Source of the DNA: Cyanobacteriota bacterium | GTDB lineage: Bacteria; Cyanobacteriota; Cyanobacteriia; Cyanobacteriales; Nostocaceae | Direction of reading: 5' to 3' | DNA length: 64,000 bases | NCBI GenBank assembly: GCA_046045965.1 | Contig: JBJOKS010000019.1 | Span: 32,001 to 96,000 of the forward strand | Shown: positions 38,998 to 48,617 of the stretch, one piece after another | How positions within the stretch are numbered: the stretch's first letter is position 1 | Layout: every line of letters begins with the position of its first letter | Notes under the pieces: model-generated | What the model saw: only the letters and a program-made list of their open reading frames with translations | Told to the model about the DNA's origin: nothing | Database searches by the model: none | Made by a program: the position numbers and the translations under genes

Positions 38998-41556
38998 ATG
39001 GAACCAGACAAACTAACCAGGTTTAAAGAGTACGGTGAGTTTATCCTCCGCAAAATTGACTCTGTACCGCAACATCCCTCCCAACAAGAAGATTGGGTCC
39101 CTACTAGCCTGGATGACTGTCTAATGCGCTTGCGAGAAGCTGCACAAAAGACTGTGGAAATGGCCACTTCACCTGTGAAAATTGGTGTGATGGGTGAATT
39201 TAGCAGTGGTAAAAGTTTGCTGTTAGGAAGTTTAATTGGTTATGCGGATGCCTTACCTGTGAGTGAAAATCCGACTACAGGAAATGTGACTGCAATTCAT
39301 ATCAAACCACAGGAAGGTTTTGCTACTACTCACATAGATAATTACACTGTTGAGTATTTATCTCATGAAGGGGTAAATGAGTGTTTACACTTCATGTTAG
39401 CAGAAGCAAACCGTCGTGCTGTAGCTGCTGGTTTACCACCTTTACAAGTTTCTAAAATTAAAACTGGTAAAGATATTTCTACTTGGTGTGAAGAAGCTTG
39501 GAAGAGTTCCAATAATTTAGAATTACGCTATCTTTTACGGGAATTAGTGTTATTTTTGCGGGCTTATCAAGCCTATGGAGAAGCTTTATGTGGTAAGCAT
39601 TATCACATTGATGCAGAAACAGCAAAGGAAGGTTTACAATTAATTGAATTGCCGATGGCGATTCAAACGTTAAGATTTGATGATTTACCGCCGGCACATA
39701 TTCGTTTACCGAGTGCGCCCCAAGTTCTCCAAACTCAATTATTACAAAATAGTTTTCACCTGATTCGTAGAGTTGATATTGAAGTCAAAATATCAAGGGA
39801 AATTTGGGATTTATCTGGTGCGGAAGAATTTGTATTATTAGATTTTCCCGGTTTAGGTGCGGCTAATTCTGGTGCGCGAGATACATTTTTATCATTAAGA
39901 GAATTGGCACAGGTGCAAACAATTTTAGTGTTATTAAATGGTAAATCACCGGGGAGCGATCGCGCCAACAAAATATTTACCATGATGCAGCAACAACGCC
40001 CCGGACAAGATTTAAAAGATTTAATTCTGGTAGGTGTGGGACGTTTTGATCAACTACCTTTAGATAGTGAAGGTGGGGAAAGAATTTTAGATTTTTTAAT
40101 TGCAGATCATCCTAACGCCCAACCTTTACAAACAGACGTAGTTTTTCAGAAATTAAAAGTTCTGCAAACTATCATTGATGGTGCAGAGGCTTTTACTACC
40201 CAAAAAGACCGCATCGTTTTATTATCACCATTGTTAGGGTTAGCAGAATTAGCCAAACGTTCGACTACAGTTAAAGCCGGTTCCGAAGAATTTTTAGCTA
40301 ATTTAGATTATCCTGATTATCTAGAACGTTCCAAGAAATTACAACATAAATGGGGTAAATTAAGCGAAAAATTATTAACAACTGAACCGCGTAATTCTCT
40401 AGGTAGACAGTTAGGTTATTTTGCCCAAGATGGGGGTGTTAGTAAACTGCGGGAATTGATTCAAAATCATGTAGCTACTCATGGTTTAAAACAATTATAT
40501 GAAGATACCCGCAGGGCGGCTGATCTTATTCATCAACAACAAGAACAACTGAAATATATCATCGCTGAAATTCACGAACAAGGCATACCTACGGCTGATA
40601 GTCCGGCGTTAATTGAGTTACGTTTAGCTATTGAAAGTTTAGATAAAACTTACAGAAACTTTCAAAAAGACTTGGGTAAAGAACCACTCAAAGATAGACG
40701 GGGACTGGTCGTTAGCGATGTGATCAAAGATGAATTAACCTATAGAATTCTCAATTGGAATCAATGGACTTTACTATTTAATAAATGTCAAAATGGGACA
40801 ATTGCTTTAGCAGAATCTAAAGGTGCTGCGGGGAAATTATTTGACAGAGGAAATAGAGTTAATAATTCCCTACCTACTAAGAGTGATGACTTTTATCCAG
40901 AGTTTGAAAAGACAGTTAAAGAACTAGAAGATTTTGCTCGCGATCGCATTCGTCAAGCTGTGGTAGACTTGTTGAATAAATTAGCCCATCAAGTAGTGCT
41001 AGAACGGGAGAAATTACAAGCAATTCTTAATCCTGAAATGGAACAATTTATTGAAGATACATTTGGAGTTGAAGCCGCAGATTTATTTTATAAACTCCTG
41101 TTAGGATGTGATCCAAACCAATGGAAAGAAGCGATTATTGTGGAAATAAATAATCAAGATAAATCAATCTCTCCTGAAATTATGTTTCCCCTAGCACGAC
41201 GGGATGAAAAACACAGTATTGGACAAATATTTGATTGGTCTCCAGAGAGAAATCAATCTTCATCTCGTGCAGCAAATCATCAACTTTTTGTTTTACGACT
41301 GCGAGATGAAATTACAGCTAGTGCTAGTCTGCACCTTGTCCAATATATCAGCGAAGTTAATCAACAAGTGAATGCAGAATTAGAAGGAATTTTAGATCAA
41401 ATAATTCCCAGTTTACAAAACTTGTCTAAAAAAGAAGAACTTCTCAGATATATTGCTGCTGGAGACTCAACCCCAGAATTAGCAATTCCTAATTGGTTAG
41501 AAATTCTTGCAGATATTGCATCAATTAATGAGAGTGATATTTATGAGTATTTTTAA
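38998..41556 (+). CDS. Dynamin-like (SrfC-like) GTPase
   Basis: G1 GEFSSGKS, G2 NPTTG, G3 LDFPG, G4-like GRFD; long helical C-terminal half. Confidence 0.8.
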   Translation: MEPDKLTRFKEYGEFILRKIDSVPQHPSQQEDWVPTSLDDCLMRLREAAQKTVEMATSPVKIGVMGEFSSGKSLLLGSLIGYADALPVSENPTTGNVTAIHIKPQEGFATTHIDNYTVEYLSHEGVNECLHFMLAEANRRAVAAGLPPLQVSKIKTGKDISTWCEEAWKSSNNLELRYLLRELVLFLRAYQAYGEALCGKHYHIDAETAKEGLQLIELPMAIQTLRFDDLPPAHIRLPSAPQVLQTQLLQNSFHLIRRVDIEVKISREIWDLSGAEEFVLLDFPGLGAANSGARDTFLSLRELAQVQTILVLLNGKSPGSDRANKIFTMMQQQRPGQDLKDLILVGVGRFDQLPLDSEGGERILDFLIADHPNAQPLQTDVVFQKLKVLQTIIDGAEAFTTQKDRIVLLSPLLGLAELAKRSTTVKAGSEEFLANLDYPDYLERSKKLQHKWGKLSEKLLTTEPRNSLGRQLGYFAQDGGVSKLRELIQNHVATHGLKQLYEDTRRAADLIHQQQEQLKYIIAEIHEQGIPTADSPALIELRLAIESLDKTYRNFQKDLGKEPLKDRRGLVVSDVIKDELTYRILNWNQWTLLFNKCQNGTIALAESKGAAGKLFDRGNRVNNSLPTKSDDFYPEFEKTVKELEDFARDRIRQAVVDLLNKLAHQVVLEREKLQAILNPEMEQFIEDTFGVEAADLFYKLLLGCDPNQWKEAIIVEINNQDKSISPEIMFPLARRDEKHSIGQIFDWSPERNQSSSRAANHQLFVLRLRDEITASASLHLVQYISEVNQQVNAELEGILDQIIPSLQNLSKKEELLRYIAAGDSTPELAIPNWLEILADIASINESDIYEYF

Positions 41557-41636
41557 AGGAAGAAGGGAACAGGGAACAGTAAATAGGTATTAGTCTTAGG
41601 TTTTTTCCGCGTCTACCAATTACCAATTAGCAATTA

Positions 41637-41688
41637 CCCATTACCCATTACCCATTACCCATTACCCATTACCCATTACCCATTACCA
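41637..41688. repeat. Heptamer STRR (CCATTAC)n
   Basis: About 7 tandem copies between the GTPase and Hsp70-like genes. Confidence 0.9.
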
Positions 41689-41698
41689 AACTTAAATT

Positions 41699-44600
41699 AT
41701 GCCTGTGGAAATTAATCTTCCACCCAAATATCAACTGAAAGTTAAAGAAAATCAAAGTTTGGATTTACCAGCTATCCAAATTGTCGCTACAAATAGTAAT
41801 ATTCCTCATATTTCTAGTATTACTTGTAGCGTTAAAGGAACACCCACAGAATTAGCAACGGAAATTCAACAAACTTATAAACACTTTAACTCTGCTACAC
41901 CGCAAAAAATCTCTAACTTATGTCAATTAGGACAATATCCTTATCAGTTAGAGAACCCTTTAAGCGAAACAGTCAACTGTAATTTACAAGTGATTGTGGA
42001 GTATTTTGATTCTGATGCTACAGGAAAACCAATATTATCTATTAAGAAAAATATGGGTGTTTCCTGTAATCTTTGGTTTACACCTGATTTTGAAACAACA
42101 ACAAATAAACCTATGAATCCTTTTGAATTAGATACCTATCTCAATAAATTAAGTCAACAATTAAGTGAAAAACTCAACGAAAAACCTCAGAAAAGATTTC
42201 CTGGTTGGTTCGCGGTAGATTTTGGGACTTCTAACTCTACAGTCACACTTTTTGACCCTATTGAAGTACCCATTGCGGAAGTTTTACCCAGAGAACAAGA
42301 ATTAAGATTACGTCAAAGGTTAGCAGAATGGTTAAATTCTCCTGCTGCTTCAGCTTTACCAGATATAGGTGTAAATGAGTGGGAAAAGTTTATTGCTAAT
42401 ATTAGTAAAAACTTAGAAATTGAACCAGAACAATTAAGCGAAGTTTTTGAAAGTGATAATAAAGAAATCTTTTTAGAAGCAATTCGCCAAATTGAATTAT
42501 GTTTAGGAAATAGTGAGAGATTTCGCCGCGCTGTTAGCAAAAAACTTTATCAAATATATCACGAAGTTTTTAGAGTTCCCACTTTAGAATCACAAAATTT
42601 GATTCCTGTAGTTTTAGATATTGACAGACGGGAAACAGAAATTCCCAGCGAAATGGAAGTATCACAAATAGAACCCTTAAAATTGCAGATGGGTAGAGAA
42701 GCAAGGGATAATAGAAAAAAAGCCATTGCCCAAGGTACAATTACTTCTGTTAAGGATATAATTAGCAGATTTCATCATTCACCTAAACGTTATTTTGGAC
42801 AAAATCGTACCTTTCCAGTGATATTAAATGAGGAAGAAAACAACATTCAAGTTAATCAATTAATTCAAGCAGCATGGGCGCATTTAATTGAATTAACAGA
42901 AGATTATCGTCAACGTGCTAGGAGGAGATTTTCTGAAGGAGATTTATTAACAGGAGTTTTCACCTATCCTACAGTTGCACCTCCAGTAGTGAGAAAAGAA
43001 ATTAAAGCATTAGTAGAAGAATTAGGAATTGATGATGTCCAAACAGCTTATGATGAAGCGGTTTCTGTAGCTATCTTTTTCTTATGGCGAGAATTTGGTG
43101 GGAATTTAAATATTGGTATTGAATCATTTAAAACTCGTTGTCGTCAAGAAAAAAATAAATGGTCACAAAATGTTTTAGTTTTAGATATCGGTGGTGGAAC
43201 TACAGACTTAGCATTAATTGAATTGACATTAGAAGATAAAACTCCATTTTTTGCAGATCATGAAGATCGGGGTTTAGGTGGACGTTATTATAAACTGACA
43301 CCGAAATTATTAGGTTCTTCTGGACATTTACAGTTAGGTGGTGAGTTAATTACCCTACGCATTTTTAGACTTTTAAAAGTTGCTATTGCCGATTTTCTTT
43401 TAACAGCAATAACCAACGGAGACATAGAAAGCGACAAATTAGAAGATTTAATCAACTCAGAATTAAACGAACGCTTTTTAGAAGATGGCAAATTTAAAAG
43501 TGGCAGTTTATTAAAGTGTGTAGACAAAGAAAACCCCGAAGGTGACGTAGCTTTCAAAGATGCTTTAGATACAGCCGAAAAAGTATTACCTACCCGATGG
43601 CAACAAGCACCCCAACGTCTACAAACATTTTACACCCTGTGGGATCATGCGGAATCTGCAAAATTAAAATTAGGGCAAAAATCACCCGCAGATGGTTCTT
43701 TATTCACCTTCACCCTTTCCGAACAACAAATTAGTGAACTCCTTGCCCAAAGTGCAGTTAAATTTCAAATAATTATCCCTGATGCTATCTCCATAACCAT
43801 AGACAGTCAACAATTTGAACGGGCGGCAATTTCCGCAATTAAAGAAGCAATAGGTATTGCCAAAGGCTTGATGGAAAGCCGTTTAAATGCAGACAATAAA
43901 CAAAAAGTAGACTGGTTAATTCTCTCGGGTAAAACCTGCAATTTGGATTTAGTACAAAAACAAATCTACCAAGAATTTAGCAAATCTCCCTATTTTGTTT
44001 GGAACCCAGAACGCATTACCTTCGTTTTAGAATTTACCAAATTAGCAACTTCCGCAGGTGCTTGTTACGCCGAAAAATTAAGAAGATTAAGATTTGATCC
44101 CGAAGAATCTAAAAGCTTACTGCGTAAAGGTGCAAACCAGCTAGAAATAGATGTCAAAAACCTATTTTATTACCTACCTTGCAACTTCAAACGCAAAACC
44201 CAAAGTAGCGAATTATTATCTATATTCAACGCGGGACAAGAACTTTATCAACTTGCAGCGTGGGAAAGTGTAGCTAAAGTGCGGACAAATTGGCAAGGTA
44301 TCCAATTAACAAACATTATCTATCGTCAAGACTATGAAGATGGAGAATTGCGTTTATGGGGTAGCTTTGATGGTAAAAATTTACTAGAGAAATTAGGGAT
44401 GGAAGAACCAGAATTTCTCAAAAAAATTAAAGTGCAATTTGAAATAGATCAAACCTTACAATTTAGCGTTTTACTATGTCAAGGTAATCCCCATTATTTA
44501 ATAGATGATCAGGGAATTAACATCAATTATGTCATATCCGCAAATTCAGAACCAGCCGATTTATTTACTGATGAACAATTAAAATGGAATATCGCCATTG

Positions 44601-45097
44601 AACAACCCCGTAAAGACTTAACCGATGGTGATATCGCCATCAATGTATTAGAATCAGCAACAGTTGATCAACCAGATGCTTATCATTTAGTATTTGCAGT
44701 TGATAGCAATCAAAATCAATCTTTACAAACATTTCACTATTTACAAGATGGTGTTAACGAACCAGGAAAAGGGTTAATTAGTAATCCTTTACCTCCCTTC
44801 CCACAAAATGGTCAACACACTTTTTATATTTATCAAACAGATAGCGAAACCAATACCAAAAAATGGATACGTATCGGCGCACTTAGTAAACCAGATATCA
44901 CCACAGATTATCCCTGTCAATATCATGTCACACTTGATAATAAAGGTATATTAAGAATGCACGCAGGTGAAGTACCTTATTGGACATCACATAATCAAGA
45001 ATGTCTGAAACAAGAAGGATGTGTTTATCGTGCAGAATTAGAATTACAACCCAATGAAATTGATAAAGAACGCGATCCTTTTTGCGGAATACATTAA
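41699..45097 (+). CDS. Atypical Hsp70/actin-fold ATPase (SrfB-like) with large insertions
   Basis: AVDFGTSNST, TYPT, YDEAVSVA, LDIGGGTTD, LGGELIT, ILSGKT, KLATSAGA. Confidence 0.85.
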   Translation: MPVEINLPPKYQLKVKENQSLDLPAIQIVATNSNIPHISSITCSVKGTPTELATEIQQTYKHFNSATPQKISNLCQLGQYPYQLENPLSETVNCNLQVIVEYFDSDATGKPILSIKKNMGVSCNLWFTPDFETTTNKPMNPFELDTYLNKLSQQLSEKLNEKPQKRFPGWFAVDFGTSNSTVTLFDPIEVPIAEVLPREQELRLRQRLAEWLNSPAASALPDIGVNEWEKFIANISKNLEIEPEQLSEVFESDNKEIFLEAIRQIELCLGNSERFRRAVSKKLYQIYHEVFRVPTLESQNLIPVVLDIDRRETEIPSEMEVSQIEPLKLQMGREARDNRKKAIAQGTITSVKDIISRFHHSPKRYFGQNRTFPVILNEEENNIQVNQLIQAAWAHLIELTEDYRQRARRRFSEGDLLTGVFTYPTVAPPVVRKEIKALVEELGIDDVQTAYDEAVSVAIFFLWREFGGNLNIGIESFKTRCRQEKNKWSQNVLVLDIGGGTTDLALIELTLEDKTPFFADHEDRGLGGRYYKLTPKLLGSSGHLQLGGELITLRIFRLLKVAIADFLLTAITNGDIESDKLEDLINSELNERFLEDGKFKSGSLLKCVDKENPEGDVAFKDALDTAEKVLPTRWQQAPQRLQTFYTLWDHAESAKLKLGQKSPADGSLFTFTLSEQQISELLAQSAVKFQIIIPDAISITIDSQQFERAAISAIKEAIGIAKGLMESRLNADNKQKVDWLILSGKTCNLDLVQKQIYQEFSKSPYFVWNPERITFVLEFTKLATSAGACYAEKLRRLRFDPEESKSLLRKGANQLEIDVKNLFYYLPCNFKRKTQSSELLSIFNAGQELYQLAAWESVAKVRTNWQGIQLTNIIYRQDYEDGELRLWGSFDGKNLLEKLGMEEPEFLKKIKVQFEIDQTLQFSVLLCQGNPHYLIDDQGININYVISANSEPADLFTDEQLKWNIAIEQPRKDLTDGDIAINVLESATVDQPDAYHLVFAVDSNQNQSLQTFHYLQDGVNEPGKGLISNPLPPFPQNGQHTFYIYQTDSETNTKKWIRIGALSKPDITTDYPCQYHVTLDNKGILRMHAGEVPYWTSHNQECLKQEGCVYRAELELQPNEIDKERDPFCGIH

Positions 45098-45128
45098 ATG
45101 AGTTAACAGTTGTCAGAAAAATGCACCA

Positions 45129-45245
45129 GCGATTAGAAATCGCGGCTATACTATACAGACAAAACCCACCTCCGTGGGTTCTATCTAAATTTTTAATTAG
45201 TCCACGCAGGTGGGCTTAGTTTGTGTAGTAGCGATTTCTAATCGC
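45129..45245. repeat. REP/MITE-like palindromic element
   Basis: Terminal gcgattagaaatcgc / gcgatttctaatcgc inverted repeats with internal acccacctccgtgggtt and agtccacgcaggtgggct hairpins. Confidence 0.75.
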
Positions 45246-45268
45246 CCTTTTAAAATATCCTCTTTCCT

Positions 45269-46399
45269 ATGATCCAACATTTACAGCAATTATTAGCAAC
45301 AGAAAATTCTCAAATCTCTCAATTATTAAAATTGCACTTATACGGACTAGAAGCAATTTTAAATCAAGCCCAGATAGAGTATCTAAATGATCCAGGTAAT
45401 GATTTATGTGAAAAGGTAATACTAGAAATTCACAACCTTTTACAACCTCAACTAATTCCCGAAAATATAGAAACTGTAGAACCTGTAGAAAATGTAGTTA
45501 TTGATGAATCTCAACCTGATCAATTATTAAATGAACTCAGAGAAGTTTTTCATACAGATTTAGAATTAAATTTTTATTTAGGAGATACACCATTACAAAG
45601 TCAAAATGATGCTGATTTATGGAATGAAATTCACCGTAAATTGTTACGAGTTCCTGAAGATTTAGCCACATCTTGGCGAAAATATGCTTTAGAAATGGCG
45701 AAAAAAATTGGCGCAACAGAAGATTATGTAAATCTTGTTCACCTACCTTTTGTGCGGGATGAAATTATTTATCCTGGTTTAAATGGTACTATCCAAGCTA
45801 GAGGTTTATGTTTGTCAAAAAAAGCCCTTCTCAAATCAGATATTGGACAATTATATAATTCGGAAGATTTGCATTTATTAGCAGGATTTTTACTTTTATA
45901 TACTAAATTTATAGAGATAGAACCTGATTTACATCATGCTTTAAAAAGTGTGTTTAGCTTTGATGTTGTTTCCTTGCATTCCCAACCAGAACAACGTCAG
46001 CTTTATCTGCAAACATTGAGCGATCGCTTACAACGTACCCAAAAAACTGAGGAAAATACTGATCCGATTTACAATCTACGTGCTTGGCTTGACATAGATG
46101 AAGCCATACATTCCCTAGTATTCCTTCCTCCAGCCGAGCGTTATTCCTGGTGGGGTAAGTTACAACAAGAATCAAGACGTATTATTAAAAAAGTAGCCAA
46201 TAAAGCGATAAAAGCCGGTTATGATGTGCGAATTAGACAATTATCAGGACTTTATGCTGATATTTGTGCTTATTCCAAAGATGATCTACAATTAGAGCAT
46301 GGTGGAACACCTGGAGAAGTATTAACCTGTTTGCGTTTATATGCACGAATAAATCAAGAAGAAAATCCGGGGAGGGTGCTATTTCGGTCTTTACGGTGA
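45269..46399 (+). CDS. Hypothetical protein, third gene of the GTPase-Hsp70 unit, possibly GrpE-like C-terminus
   Basis: 376-aa helical protein ending in GTPGEVLTCLRLYARINQEENPGRVLF. Confidence 0.75.
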   Translation: MIQHLQQLLATENSQISQLLKLHLYGLEAILNQAQIEYLNDPGNDLCEKVILEIHNLLQPQLIPENIETVEPVENVVIDESQPDQLLNELREVFHTDLELNFYLGDTPLQSQNDADLWNEIHRKLLRVPEDLATSWRKYALEMAKKIGATEDYVNLVHLPFVRDEIIYPGLNGTIQARGLCLSKKALLKSDIGQLYNSEDLHLLAGFLLLYTKFIEIEPDLHHALKSVFSFDVVSLHSQPEQRQLYLQTLSDRLQRTQKTEENTDPIYNLRAWLDIDEAIHSLVFLPPAERYSWWGKLQQESRRIIKKVANKAIKAGYDVRIRQLSGLYADICAYSKDDLQLEHGGTPGEVLTCLRLYARINQEENPGRVLFRSLR

Positions 46400-46419
46400 A
46401 AACCCCATTGCGGTTTTCC
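46399..46419. terminator. Hairpin between convergent genes
   Basis: aaaacc-ccattgc-ggtttt directly at the stop codon. Confidence 0.45.
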
Positions 46420-46432
46420 CTGCTCATCTATG

Positions 46433-46639
46433 CTACATACCAGGAGTATTAGGAGGTGTAGGACGGGGAGTAGTAGGAGGTGTTGTAGGACGATCTTCTG
46501 GTTTACGTTCAGCCTCAGCTTCAGGAGTTTGAGCAAATATAGTGTGTTGTGTGTTCGTAGCTTGAAGGTCTTTGGGTATGGCCGCAACAGCAACGGTTCC
46601 TAAAAATGCTAGTAAAGCCACGGGTGCTAAAAGTCTCAT
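46433..46639 (-). CDS. Small exported Pro/Thr-rich protein
   Basis: AAGGA ribosome-binding site, signal peptide MRLLAPVALLAFLGTVAVAA, PTTPPTTPRPTPP tail. Confidence 0.7.
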   Translation of the reverse strand: MRLLAPVALLAFLGTVAVAAIPKDLQATNTQHTIFAQTPEAEAERKPEDRPTTPPTTPRPTPPNTPGM

Positions 46640-46839
46640 ATTGTTATTCCTTTGAAGACTTACGTAACCCTATTTTGAACAATCTGCAAATTCTATATAT
46701 CTCGCTTTAGGTAGTCTTGCTTATGTTACTTAAGTTATAGAAACTCATTTCCAAAAAATTCTAAATTTGTTGTTTCAGGAAGATGTAAAGAGGGAAGGTT
46801 GGGTTTATCTAATAACAAATTTATCCTCAATTTCTCCAC

Positions 46840-47565
46840 TTATTCACCACCAGCAAAAAACAGCGGTAACACAAAAGCAGCTACAATTCCCAACAAAACA
46901 AACACCTCAATAATTCTCAAACCCAAATTCTTCTGCATTAACTGATTAATTTCAGCACTCAAATTATTAGGAAAATTATGCCACCAACCAGAAAAACGAC
47001 TATACCAATTTCTAGGACTATCTTCTGTTCTAAATTTCCATGAAAACATTGATAATAACAAAGGCGTACCACCCACCTTAGCAGACATTAGAAGATGAAT
47101 GGCTAAACAGCAAATCATAATCAACCAAGCTATCAAATGAAAATAATACCAAATATGATCAAGTTCCCCTATTGGTAGCCATTCTTCCTTCATCATTCTG
47201 CCAGATACCACCGCTAAAACTGAAGCAATTAGCATCAAAGTATTTGCTAAACGTTGCAGACTCACCCACCAAATTGGTTTATTAAATTGTGAGAGTTTTT
47301 CGATAGAATCTGCTTGTAATAAACGCCTTTCACCAGCATGAAAACTATATAATGCGAAAGCTGGTAATAACAGTAAAAAGAATAAACCCGCAGTTCCGTG
47401 AATATCCTGAATCGGATCAATTTTGGGAATGGGAAGTTTACCGAATCTTTTGTCAAAAGTATTGTAAACTAAAAACCCGGTGATAATAGCCGCAATGACT
47501 AAAATTCCGCTGATACCGTGTAAAATCCGTAATAACAAAGGTTGATAAGGTGCTGAACCAGTCAT
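46840..47565 (-). CDS. Cytochrome b/b6-domain (Ni/Fe-hydrogenase cyt b-like) membrane protein
   Basis: LLRILHG, QDIHG, YFHLIAW, AIHL heme-ligand His in TM helices. Confidence 0.8.
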   Translation of the reverse strand: MTGSAPYQPLLLRILHGISGILVIAAIITGFLVYNTFDKRFGKLPIPKIDPIQDIHGTAGLFFLLLLPAFALYSFHAGERRLLQADSIEKLSQFNKPIWWVSLQRLANTLMLIASVLAVVSGRMMKEEWLPIGELDHIWYYFHLIAWLIMICCLAIHLLMSAKVGGTPLLLSMFSWKFRTEDSPRNWYSRFSGWWHNFPNNLSAEINQLMQKNLGLRIIEVFVLLGIVAAFVLPLFFAGGE

Positions 47566-47654
47566 GGTAACAATTTTTAATTTTCATAATGTATAATTTT
47601 AAAATATTCGAGTGCTAATCGCAATCTAATCTGATTGATGAATATTTTTTGATG

Positions 47655-47690
47655 AACGAACCGCAAAGAACGCAAAGGACACGAAGGAGG
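47655..47690 (+). repeat. Small dispersed repeat
   Basis: aacgaaccgcaaagaacgcaaaggacacgaag, related to the 13053-13086 unit in inverted orientation. Confidence 0.55.
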
Positions 47691-47764
47691 AAAAAAAAGA
47701 ATATAAGAAATTTTCAAGTAAATCAAAATTCAAAAGTTAGCAGTTAGCAAATTGTATATATTTT

Positions 47765-48571
47765 ATGATTAAAACTCCTCTCCGTTATCCTGGTGGTAAA
47801 TCAAGAGCGATCAAACAAATAGCCCAACATTTACCAGCAAACTTTACCGAATTTAGAGAACCATTAGTTGGTGGTGGTTCTGTTTTTATTTATCTTAAAC
47901 AAACCTACCCTAACTTAAAAGTTTGGATCAATGATTTAAACAGAGAACTATATTTATTTTGGTATATTGCCCAAGAAAATTTATCTAAATTAGTTTCCGA
48001 AATTCTCTATATCAAAGAAACCCAAAAAGATGGAAAAAAGCTATTTACAGAATTAACCAATATAGAAGATATTAATAAATTAACAGACTTAGAAAGAGCA
48101 GTTCGTTTTTTTGTCCTAAACAGAATTACCTTTTCAGGTACAATAGAATCAGGCGGATTTTCCTTGGAAGCATTTCATAAACGTTTCACCGATTCATCAA
48201 TAGAAAGATTAGAAAAATTAGCAGAAATTTTAACACCAGATATCAGAATTACAAACCTAGATTACAGTGAACTATTACAAGCAGCAGGAAAAGATGTATT
48301 TATATTTCTAGATCCCCCTTATTTGGGCAATAAAAATTCCAAACTATATGGAAAAGATGGAGACTTACATACAAAATTTGATCATCAAAAATTTGCAGAT
48401 CATTTAAAAACCTGTCCTCACAAATGGTTAGTCACCTACGACAACTCAGAACAAGTACATCAAAACTTTACCTGGGCGAAAATTGCCCAATGGGAACTAC
48501 AATATGGCATGAACAATTATAAACAGAAAACAGCAGAAAAAGGACAAGAACTTTTTATTACTGGATCTTAA
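47765..48571 (+). CDS. Dam-family DNA adenine methyltransferase (no adjacent endonuclease)
   Basis: LRYPGGKS, EPLVGGGSVF, INDLN, LNR..FSG, FLDPPY. Confidence 0.93.
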   Translation: MIKTPLRYPGGKSRAIKQIAQHLPANFTEFREPLVGGGSVFIYLKQTYPNLKVWINDLNRELYLFWYIAQENLSKLVSEILYIKETQKDGKKLFTELTNIEDINKLTDLERAVRFFVLNRITFSGTIESGGFSLEAFHKRFTDSSIERLEKLAEILTPDIRITNLDYSELLQAAGKDVFIFLDPPYLGNKNSKLYGKDGDLHTKFDHQKFADHLKTCPHKWLVTYDNSEQVHQNFTWAKIAQWELQYGMNNYKQKTAEKGQELFITGS

Positions 48572-48617
48572 ACTAAGAATGACTACATTTATCAAGTAAA
48601 TATAAAGACTAGGAAAT

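Noticed and set aside
41699..45097. Canonical dnaK
   Set aside because: Too long, with large insertions, no DnaK linker or substrate-binding domain motifs, and no dnaJ nearby
46433..46639. PatX/PatS-type heterocyst inhibitor
   Set aside because: No RG(S/T)GR pentapeptide
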